Source: a virus
Reading direction: 5' to 3' (one strand)
IMG/VR virus record: IMGVR_UViG_3300045131_002362
Span: 22,709 to 86,708 of that record
Length of the DNA stretch: 64,000 bases
Below the pieces are notes generated by a model. That model was not told the origin of the DNA. It saw nothing but the letters and a program-made list of their open reading frames with translations, and made no database searches. A program made the position numbers and the translations under genes. Shown here in pieces: positions 40,348 through 50,089 of the stretch (its first letter is position 1; every line of letters starts with the position of its first letter).

Positions 40348-43110
40348 CTTGCGTTCTCCGGTTTGAGCATTCCGCCGCTCTGAAGCGACGCTTCCAGATC
40401 GACCAGATCCTGTATCGGAACAGCCGTGAGAAGGTGGGCGTAGCCTCTCTTCTCAAAAGCATTTCTGGCAGCCGCAGCATCTTTCTCGGCGACCAGAAAG
40501 TTGACCGTCGGCGGCGCCATGCCGTCACCGAACCTGATGCGACCTCCCGGTCCTGAACCACATGCGGGTTTGAAGTCGTTGTTCTTCATCGCGATCTTGT
40601 GCTCTACGCCGGCGGCGGTCAGAATGTCGCCGAAGAACTTCGCGTTCCGCTGGGCATAGTAGTCGTAGGGGCACACGCTATGGCATCCCGTCACGCTCGC
40701 AACGATAAGTTCGCTCATGCTTCCGGCTCCTTCCATTTGGGGTCGTTGAAAAGACAATACACCTTCGTATCGTTGGCGCAGAGGTCGACGAACAGATCTT
40801 CGAGCTTGAAGCTCACCTCGGCATCGTTCTCACGCATCCGCGCCGCGCCCTCGATCAGCGTCGGCCGGCACATGTCGCGATCCACCTCGATCGTGCCGCT
40901 GAATTCGCCGACTGTCTTCCAATCCGTTTGTGACGCGTGATCTATTATGGCCACGTCTTTGCACACGAATCTCATACGCACTCCTTCCACAATGCCTGAT
41001 CCAGAACCGGCTTGCCGTCGATCCACAATTCGCCGGGAGGCAGGTTCAACCACATGCCGTTATCCTGCGCTTTGCCGTACACGGGCGTCCACCGCTGCTC
41101 GCCATCGTGCCAGTAGCCGACTGCCGTCTTGTCCGGCCCGTAGATCGCGATGCGCTTGCCGGGGTTGTCCGTCTTGAGCTGTTCCGCCAGACCTTCCGCT
41201 GTGTACATTTTACACCCTGTATCCGTAGAAGCCCGTGCCGTCCCGCTTGCAGACGGCGCGTGCCAGATCGTCCATCGTACGTTTGCGCACACCCCTCGGC
41301 CGCAGCGCCTGGCCCATCTCATTCTGCCGCGTCACCTCGCGGGCCATGTTCATGAGCAGAACCTTGACGCACTCGGGGAAGTGGTCGCGGACGCAGCCGC
41401 TGATGGGCTGTCCGCTGCCGTCCCCGTAGTCCCTTATCGCCGCCTCGGCGAGCCTGCTGTGCTCTTTCGACGCCTTCGCGGCACGAGCAAAGTGCAACTG
41501 TGCGTTGTACAAATCCGTTCGCTCCAGAATCTTCTTCACGCTGCCTCCTTTAGATGTCCCCGACCCTGCTCAGCACGCGCTGAACATGGAAGGTGAAAAT
41601 CGCCATGTAGGCGTCAACGGCAGTCTCCATCGAGGGAAAGTGGAAGTTGTGCGAAACGCCAACGTCGTTCGCATCCGCGATCTCAATGTGAAAGTCGATC
41701 TTGCCGGCATACCAAACGACCAGCTTGAACGAGTCGGTCATTCGCGGCGCGCCCACCGTGATGAAGAGAAATCCCTTCCCATCGTCAAAGATCTGCGTCT
41801 CCCGCTTGTACTGCACCGCGACGTATTCTGCCACGGCTGTCTTGATCGCCGTGATTATCCCGAAATCTTTGTTCATGAGAAACCTCCCTCATCTGTCTCG
41901 ATGCAGTAGCCGCCGTCTGACGGCTTCGGCACGGATGCGAAAGCACCCTTCTTCAGATCACCGCGATGCCGCACCGTCTCGGTCCACACGGGTCCGCAGA
42001 TCTTGACGAACACGGCGATCCCATACCCGAACCCCTCGAAGCTGACGGTTCTCGCCTTCAACTTTGTGAACTTGACACCTGCCTGCGCCAGCCTCTCGGC
42101 ACAGTCCTTCTTGCACTCGTTTGTGGTCATTTCAATCCTCCGGAATGAAGAAGTCCTCGGGCTTTCCGTTCATCGTCACACCGTCTCTCCAAGTGAGCCC
42201 TATGCAGTGATCGTTCAATTCGCACTTGATGAGCCACTGATCGCATCCGTTCTTGTACGGCCTTCCGTTTTTATCCAACCAGTCGTGGACGACGAAGTAG
42301 GCTCTGTTTTTCCAACAGACACGCTTGCCTTCTACAACGGCAATTTTGATCTCTTGGAGCGTCATTTCAATCCTCCGGCATTAGCAGGGCGACGAACACG
42401 CAGATCTCATCGCGCAGCTCTTTTGCAGCCTTGCGGCCTTCCTGCTGTCGAACCAGCCGCAGGCTCTTGGCCCGCAGACGCCGGCCCTCGTCGCTCAACA
42501 GCCACGAGGACGGCGCGTTGGCGAAGCGCTGGCGTATCAGCTCGCTCGCTTTCACGAAACAGCCTCTTCGATCAGCGCCGAAACGATATCGAACGTCTCG
42601 CCCACAAAAGTGTTACGTGTGCGGTATCCTTCGTTCCCGACGTACTCGATCGCCGTGCCGTAAACGAGCAAACCCTGCCCGTAGTCGAGCTGATGCGGAT
42701 GAGCGCTTGTGATGTAAGCTGTGCCGATCAGCAGGGGCTTGTCGTTGCCTCTCGACAGCACACGACCAGTCCTGTCTCGGTTCACCACAACCTCACCGAC
42801 AAGAATGAATCCCTTCATCTTCCCTCCCTTGATTCCACGCGGAATCACATACGACTGCGATAACGTTTGTTGTCGACGAATTCTCGCGCCAGCGATCCGC
42901 ACTGGCAATACTGGTCGTCGTTCAGACTGTCCCCGAATCTGTAGTTCCGAATCAGCCGTTTTGCCAGCGCCTTCCAGATCCTCGCTTCGACCCGCCGCCA
43001 GAATTCGGGCTCGTGCCGACCAATTTCGATCAGGCAAGTCTGCCACACGGTCGTCTCGATGTACTGTCTCGTTCTCTCTTTCATCTTGCCTCCTTTGATT
43101 CCACGCGGAA

Positions 43111-43419
43111 TCACCTCACCCTGATGGACAGATAGTACTGCGTCTCGGTGTCCTCGATGTCCTGTTTCGAGAGGCCCCGATGCTGCGAAGGTAGCCACGT
43201 ACCGTCTGACGCGAAAGTCTGTTCTTGCCTTTGATGTGGGACGTGTCCCAACCGTGCTGCGCGAGCCCTTCGCAGGCGTCCTCAAACGCCTCGCGGGCCG
43301 TATCGCCCATGCCGGTCGCCACGTGCTTGAACTCGGTGAAGGCCGTGCCGCAGCCCTGGAAATACGACGGGCTCTCGAAGCCGTGATCGACGATCTGGTA
43401 GCCGCTGACCTTTTTTCAT
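43111..43419 (-). pseudogene. small gene with two apparent homopolymer frameshifts (or sequencing errors)
   Basis: ATG at 43419 is followed by A6 and is out of frame with the protein-like VSGYQIVDHGFESPSYFQGCG...; a second shift at a G4 run (~43175) is needed to reach ...TQYYLSIRVR ending at the palindrome TGA. Confidence 0.55.
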
Positions 43420-44092
43420 CGCTTGCTTCCTTTCAGCGTGACGTTCACGCCGTCCTCGATCATGAGCGCCAACTCCTGCGAGTTGGTACGGTCGCCCGGC
43501 AGCACCCGCAGCGTGTTGACACACTCCAATACCGCGAACTCGCGAGTACCCGTCTGCCATCCCTTGATGACCGCCACGACCACCTTTGCCTGAATCTTCA
43601 TGCCTTTGCCTTTTCCCGCGCCTCGCCCAGCGCGATTGTCTCGTTCCACATCTCGACCTCAAGCTCCGCTTCTTCGGCCAGCTCACGATACGGCTTCACG
43701 TTCCTGGAGCTGAGGCCCTCGTGCTCGATCCAGTACGTCTCCGCGTCGCGAGCCGTCTTTGCCCGGTTCTGCGCCATGCTGCGCTTTTCCCTCGACCACT
43801 CAAGATGCGTCATTTCAGTGCCCTCACTTCCCCGCTGCGGTTGTCGGTGAGCGTCTTGTCGCTGTACCGGATGAAGCCGTCATACTTCTCGCGGCACTTC
43901 TCCTCTTCAAACGAATACACGAACTCGCCGCAGGTCACTTCTTTCTTTCCTGCGTCGAAAGCATAGCCGATAGAGTCTCTCGCGTTCATGCTGTAAAGCC
44001 CGCCGGCAACGCGCATCGCGTCGCGGATTACGCTCGCCGGGATGTTCTTCGTTCTCTTGATGTTCATGTTGCCTCCGTGATTCCACGTGGAA

Positions 44093-44410
44093 TCAGTAGC
44101 GCTTCGTTACCTTCGGGCAGATCGACTTCAGCGCCGTGTAGATGTGCTCGTCATGCGAATAGCTGTACAGATATTGGCACACCCAGGCACAAAGTCGCGC
44201 GTCGAACATCATGTCGAAGCAGAAGCGCTTCTGAAGATCCTTGGTCCCCTCGCTGCGCTCGTGCTTGCCCGTCTCGTACTTCTCCACCAGCGCGGCCCAG
44301 CCGCCCTGGGTCTCTGCATAAGCGTCAATCGCCGCTTTCATGTAAGCGACGTGCTCATCTTTGATTTTCACGATTCCTCCTTCCCAAAGTTGCCTTTGCA
44401 TCCGCATCAC
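44093..44410 (-). CDS. hypothetical phage protein
   Basis: RFCFD...LYSYSHDEHIYTALK; stop codon lies within the palindrome; probable GTG start at VKIKDE. Confidence 0.7.
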   Translation of the reverse strand: MMRMQRQLWEGGIVKIKDEHVAYMKAAIDAYAETQGGWAALVEKYETGKHERSEGTKDLQKRFCFDMMFDARLCAWVCQYLYSYSHDEHIYTALKSICPKVTKRY

Positions 44411-45323
44411 GAGCGCAGGCGTGACAGAAAGCGACGTGCGCGGTTTTCTTTTCTCTCTTCAGAGCCTTTGCCAGCACTTTCTTTTCACTTCTGATTTTCA
44501 TGCCGCCTTTCAGGGCCGCAAAAGGGTGAGCCCGCGCTTCTCAGCGTCTTCCTTGGTCGTTATGATCATGCCCCACGACGTGAGCCATGCTAACACGTAG
44601 GGGTCGGGAACGATCGGATACGGGTTGTCGGTTCCGTCGTACCATTCGCCGTCGATGATAATTCCGCCGTTGAACCGTTGGCGGCCGTATCGCGGCCTCG
44701 CATCCGCGCTGCCCTGAATGATGCCTTTCGGAGGCCGGTTGCCCCAGTGATCCGCCGGGGCATACTTGCGCGCCTTCTCGCACTCCGCGACCGACCACGT
44801 TTCCTGCGGTGCGTGATGATACGTGTACTGCCTTTTCATGCCCGTCTCCTCGTGAGCGGTTTCCACACGACCGTCTTGTCGATGCGTCCGCTACCCTGAC
44901 CGTCGAAGTTCTGCGCGATCCAGGAGATGACGATCTCGCAGCCGGGATTCTCGCGGCGGTGCTGCGCGGCCCTGCGCATTATCGTCCTGACTCATATAGG
45001 TATGATTGTGTTCACAGCCCCGACGTGTTGTTCGGCGTGAGGCAGCCCTTGAAAGCGCTGTCGAAGGCGTTCATCACGGCATTCTTAACAGCGATGTCTA
45101 TTCCCACCATCCTTGCGCAAGGCCTGCACAGCGCCTGGTGCGCCTGATCGTAAGTCACTCCGTGGGCGATCATGATGCCGGCCGCGACGACCTCGGGCTT
45201 GAAAAGGTAGGCACTCCTTATCGCGTTCACGACAAGCTCTCTGGCCATCGTGTCCGAAAGCGTAATACAGCGCTCCTCTTGCGTTTTCGTCCTGTCTGCG
45301 AATGTCCTGTTCATATACTTCTC

Positions 45324-45734
45324 CTATCGATCCCGAAACAGCCGCTCGTGCCGCTCCATGATGTCGCCCACACTGCACACGCGCCAGCTCCCGTTGAAGC
45401 GGCATAGGGTCACGTCGTATGTGTCGCCCATGTTGACGTACTCCAAAGGCGGGCCGTCGCGCATGTCCACCTCGCCGGCATACTCGACGCCGTATCCGCC
45501 GATGATGTCGTTTGCCATCTGCATTTTCATCTCGGCGGGATTGCGATTGGCGCTGGCCGCATACTGCAAGCTCGACCTGAACATTTTTCTGTCGGTGGCG
45601 CAAATCTCCTCACGCTGGCTCCGGCTGTTTGTCTCCAGCACCTTGCGCAGAAGCTTGGCACGGTCCTTGTCGTGCTCCAGATCCCCGATTCTCATGAGCG
45701 TCTTTACGCTCGGCAGATTGTGTCTCAGTCTCAT
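45324..45734 (-). CDS. hypothetical phage protein
   Basis: GYGVEY...YVNMGDTYDVTL...SVGDIME; AAGGAG RBS. Confidence 0.7.
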   Translation of the reverse strand: MRLRHNLPSVKTLMRIGDLEHDKDRAKLLRKVLETNSRSQREEICATDRKMFRSSLQYAASANRNPAEMKMQMANDIIGGYGVEYAGEVDMRDGPPLEYVNMGDTYDVTLCRFNGSWRVCSVGDIMERHERLFRDR

Positions 45735-46071
45735 TTCGGCTCCTTCACCTTTCGCATCTCCTTCTCCACGACGCCGCAGCGCCAGCGATCCGAGTTCGGT
45801 GCGGTCTCGATGCCGAAGTGATACACCCCGGGCAACACGAAGTCCACGCAATTGAACCACTTCTGGCGCTCGCCGCGCGGCTGGGTCACGAAGGGCACGT
45901 CCACACTACCTACAACTCCGATCGCACCGACGGGCACAATGACGACGGGGCTACCGGCGTAATTCGAGCCGTACGCTTCCTGCGGTGCAAGCAGCTCCAC
46001 CTTGTCGCCAATCTTGAATTTGCTGGGCATATCGTCCTTTCTTGATTCCACGCGGAATCAGCGTTATGGTA

Positions 46072-46106
46072 TCCGGCCCGCAGACGGAGGTCCGCTGCGG
46101 GCCGGA
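46072..46106. other. strong intergenic hairpin
   Basis: TCCGGCCCGCAG...CTGCGGGCCGGA, a 12-bp perfect stem. Confidence 0.7.
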
Positions 46107-47000
46107 ACGTAGGGTTTTGGCCTACATGTGCATAACGCCTCCTTTCGTAGAATACTGCTACACCTTAAATCCTTGCGAGCGTCGTGGCCTTGCCGATGCC
46201 ACCGCACTTCTTGAGCGCATCAGCGATACGCTTTGCATCCTCATCCGGCACGCCGTCCTCTGCAAACAGGCCGTTCGCCCGGCGCACGAGCCACTTGCCG
46301 GTCGTGCCGCGTAGGCCGCGAAAGACCTCCAGGCTGTTCATCGACACGCGGCCGATCACCGTGCCCTCGCCCAGCTCCAGCGTGACGCCGCCCGCCTTAA
46401 GCGCCTTCTTCATCGCAGTCATGTGCTCCGCATCCATCACCTGAGTCAAAACAATTCGCAGCATAAGCCCCTCCTTTGATTCCGCGTGGAATCAGCTCGC
46501 TGAGTACAGCTACATCGCCGAGTATAGCTACACCGGCAGTTTGTCCAGCCAGTTCGAGAACCGCGACCACAGCTCAGGCCGCCGCTCGATGTTCTTCTCC
46601 AGATCCGCCCGCGTCATGCCAGCGGCCACAAGATCCAAGAACGCCTTGTTCGCGTCCGCAATCTTACGCTGCTCCTGCCAATAGAGCTGGAGCTGGTCTC
46701 GCCCTTTGCGCGGAACACTGCTCACTTGGCACCCCAGCGCCGCGTCTGACGCCGCGTATCGCAGCGCCCTTCCCACCACCCCGCCAAGATCACAGCGAGC
46801 GCCAGCGACGCCGCCACAACCATCAGGATCATCACGATCGCGGTGAGCGCCGCCGCTGTCTGGTTGTCCGCCCCGACGCTGCCAAGCCACGCGTTCAGTG
46901 CGTTGCCGGCCTTCATCATAAGTTCGTTCATGCTGCCCTCCCTTGATTCCACGCGGAATCACCTCGCGGGATACCGCTACACCGTCAGATACGACTCCCA

Positions 47001-47132
47001 CTACTTCACAATCTTCTGGATGCGTCCACCAAAGCGGCGAACGATCGACTTCGCCACCTCCAGAGTGCTCGCCCAAAACACGCCATCGTTGACGGCACAC
47101 TTCGTCACCACATACGCTGCCCACTCTTTCAT
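47001..47132 (-). CDS. 43-aa hypothetical protein (below the ORF track cutoff)
   Basis: GGGAGG RBS; MKEWAAYVVTKCAVNDGVFWASTLEVAKSIVRRFGGRIQKIVK. Confidence 0.6.
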   Translation of the reverse strand: MKEWAAYVVTKCAVNDGVFWASTLEVAKSIVRRFGGRIQKIVK

Positions 47133-48765
47133 GATGCCTCCCGTTTTGCGCATTACACTGATACACCCGAAACCGGAAATACTGTAGCGCCCGGCCGTGC
47201 TCCTGTTCGCAGAATACTGCTACAGGTCTCCCCGCAGGGACTATGGCCGTGCCGGACGCGCTTATCGCGATCGCGATTTCAGGGCGCTGGTCGTCACGCC
47301 CCTTCTCTTCGGCGGCACTGCCGCATAAGCGGTCACTTTCGCCGGCTCTTTCTCATCGTAAAGCCAATCACCCACATCCTCCCACACGGTGCTCACACCT
47401 CCTTTTCTGCTAAAACCGCGAGTTCTCAGCGTCAGCATCCCGCTCACGCCACACCCTCACCATCGGCTCGAATGCCGCCAGCGCATCCACAATCGTCTTC
47501 GCCTTCTCCTCCACGAGATGATCCGCAATCTCGCTGTCGCTCCACGCCTCCACGATCACATCCCAGCCGCCCTCGGCATAATGAGCGTTAGCGTGCTTCT
47601 TGACCTCTTCCACCAGATAAGGTATCAGACCCATAACACTCCGTTCTGATTCCACGCGGAATCACTGCTACACCGTCGAATACGACTCCGACCGTCAACT
47701 CCTACGAACACCACCCGAGCAAAGCGCACCGCACAAACGATGCACGCACTCGCTGCACCATTCACACTCCTCATGCGAATCGTATCCCTGCCCCATTGTC
47801 CACCCCGCCGGACAACTGCTGCCCGCCAATCCGTTCTCCAGATAACCCGCCATCGCTACCACCCTTCTGATTCCACGAGGAATCACCTCGCCGCAATATG
47901 CAGCCTGGCAAGATACGGATTTACCAGAGCGTCATAAACCCGCCGGGCGCAACGCACAACATCCCCAATGCTGCCACGCGAAACCTCCACACCATGACGC
48001 CCACGGCAACGCGGATCATACCCGCACGGGCACGTCAACCAATACCCGCTGCTGTCCTTCAACACCCGAAACCCGCCCCCGACAGCCGTGATGCTGCCCA
48101 CCTTGCTGCCCACAATCGCCTTCTTGCGCTGCCTCGCGTTCATACCATTCTCCATTCTGATTCCACGCGGAATCGCTGCCACCGCTGAATATAGCTCCTG
48201 TTGAATACGCTGCCACCCTATCCCCTCACACAATACAGCTATGCTGCCCGGCTATGCTGCCGCCTTTGCTGCCCAAGGATAGCCCGGTGGGAGGGTTTTT
48301 GGGCCGAAACCGTCAAAAATGACCCAAAACGGCTATTTCAGAACTCGACTGTGCCCGACAGCCGATCCCCGGCACGCCAGCACACACGGGCCAGGCGGCG
48401 CAGGGCCGCGTTGGGCCTGCCATGGCACGGGTTGGCCTCCAGGGCGCGACCGGCGCTATAGGCGAGGGTGGCGAGGGCGGAAATGGCTGCTTTCATGGCT
48501 GTTTCTCCGATTGTGTACGTTTGTGTGGGTACAAGCGATTTTCGCGAGGGGAGAAAATCCGCTTCTGAAAAACACGCCTGTCTGAAAATGCACGTATGTG
48601 TACACTATAGGCGTGCGAAAAATGGGACTGCCGTACCACTGGCACACGCCAGGCCGGCGAAAATTGAGCGGAACGGCCTTTAAAGCGCCGTGTGGGATCG
48701 GTTCGGCTTGATTCCGCGTGGAATCAGCGGGAAGGGGCCGTATACGCGCGGGCGCGCGTAAAGGG

Positions 48766-48796
48766 AAGGGGAGCGCCCTTGTGCGGCGCTCCCCTT
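48766..48796 (-). terminator. hairpin immediately downstream of 48805-49488
   Basis: AAGGGGAGCGCC-N7-GGCGCTCCCCTT. Confidence 0.6.
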
Positions 48797-48804
48797 GTGG
48801 CGTC

Positions 48805-49488
48805 TTAGCAACCGGTGCTTTCCGGTGCCGGGCCACGCATTGCCGACAAAGCAGCAATCACGGCTTTTTCGGCATTGTGAAGCGCGTTACGAAGGGCAAC
48901 AAGTCCGTCGGCGTCTAAACTGGACAAGTCCAGTGTGGACAAGCCGTCGATAATCGATTGCGGGACGCACTTACGAACGGTCGGCTCGGTCGGCTCGGTC
49001 GGCTCGGTCGGCTCGGTCGGCTCGGTCGGCTCGGTCGGCTCGGTCGGCTCGGTCGGCTCGGTCGGCTCGGTCGGCTCGGTCGGCTCGGTCGCTTTTGGGG
49101 CGGTCAGTGCGGCAACAAGCGCGGCCGTTTTGGCGTCAGCACTAGCTTTCAATTCCCGGTCAGCGCGTGAAGCATCTTTATGGGCGGCCGCTTTCTCGAT
49201 CATAACGGCGTACACTTCATTAACGCCCTTGGCATTCTTACCATCTTTATCACCCTTTGCTGCAGTCAACCCAGCACTGTAAACGATTGTCGCGCAGCCG
49301 AGATTAGCGCCAACGATAGAGCGTAAGGCGTCGCCAAAGGCGCGTTGTGTCAAACCCGCTTTTCCCGCTTCTACGCAGCAAACGGCGATAGCCATATACC
49401 GATTTTTTGTGGAAGCGATAAGGCCAGCGATAGCCGATTGTGTGAACTCAAAAGGCTTGATTGTGGCATTGATTGTCTCATTACTCAT
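48805..49488 (-). CDS. first gene of the leftward arm; two domains joined by a (TEP)n linker
   Basis: AAGGA RBS; palindrome directly upstream; about 12 TEP units. Confidence 0.8.
   Translation of the reverse strand: MSNETINATIKPFEFTQSAIAGLIASTKNRYMAIAVCCVEAGKAGLTQRAFGDALRSIVGANLGCATIVYSAGLTAAKGDKDGKNAKGVNEVYAVMIEKAAAHKDASRADRELKASADAKTAALVAALTAPKATEPTEPTEPTEPTEPTEPTEPTEPTEPTEPTEPTEPTVRKCVPQSIIDGLSTLDLSSLDADGLVALRNALHNAEKAVIAALSAMRGPAPESTGC
48978..49091. repeat. 9-bp tandem repeat CGGTCGGCT, about 12.7 copies
   Basis: Perfect tandem array, in frame in 48805-49488. Confidence 0.97.
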
Positions 49489-49596
49489 TGTGTGTTCCTT
49501 CATTGTGTGATTCCACGCGGAATCATGGGTTATCCCGGCAATATACCGGAAAGCGCGTCAAGCATGGCGCGCTTTCCGAAACATTCCCAACTTGTA

Positions 49597-49627
49597 ACCA
49601 TACGGGCGCAAGTCGCGCCCGTATGGT
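49597..49627. terminator. 13-bp perfect inverted repeat in the divergent intergenic region
   Basis: ACCATACGGGCGC-AAGTC-GCGCCCGTATGGT followed by a pyrimidine run on the + strand. Confidence 0.55.
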
Positions 49628-50089
49628 GTCTTCTTTTCTTCTACTCCCAAAACGGTCTAAGGTTTCACATGTGCCGTGATCGCCCGGTGTTCACATGTGG
49701 CGCTTTTGGGGTCTCTCGTTGGTCTCACGCCAACGGCTCTATTGAGAAAGAACATTGATTCCGCGTGGAATCACCGGCAAGCTTGCTAGTGGTCTAGCTC
49801 CCTTGCCATGCCATAAGTATACACAATGTGGAAAGATAGCACAACTCCGATTTTGCTGCTTGAAGGGGGTACGCCAGGGGTCTGGGTGCCCGCTCAGATA
49901 AATTCGGCCATTTTGTAAAATTGGGATTTTGGAAAACTGAGATTTTCGGGCCGCGTATCCGGAAACTCAAAGTAGTCGTGCTCGACGAAAGTTGCCTGTG
50001 TTGACACATGCGGCGGAAAAGCAATATACTACGCGCGAGGAAAGAAGCGGTATTCCGCGAGAGGAGTCGTGTTCGACGGGAGGTGTCGT

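Larger units (their letters stand above)
29665..49503 (-). other. early/accessory region of roughly 50 small, tightly packed co-oriented hypothetical genes
   Basis: Consecutive minus-strand ORFs of about 40-200 aa with GGAGG-type RBS and overlapping stop/start junctions (e.g. 30277-30594, 30836-31384, 31363-31722, 33360-33860, 33862-34224, 35132-35512, 36209-36613, 36622-37215, 38918-39304, 41210-41539, 41550-41876, 43810-44067, 46165-46464). Confidence 0.8.
37617..49773. repeat. 13 dispersed copies of the 18-bp palindrome TGATTCC-N4-GGAATCA
   Basis: Starts at 37617, 42830, 43096, 44078, 46043, 46477, 46944, 47647, 47868, 48158, 48709, 49508 and 49756. Confidence 0.95.

Noticed and set aside
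48978-49091. (GRL)n and (GSV)n plus-strand ORFs over the 9-bp repeat
   Set aside because: They are by-products of the repeat; the minus-strand TEP frame has an RBS and flanking domains.
37617-49773. Palindromic repeats as a CRISPR array
   Set aside because: Only 18 bp long, spacing is irregular (about 220 bp to 5 kb) with whole genes between copies, and no cas genes are present.
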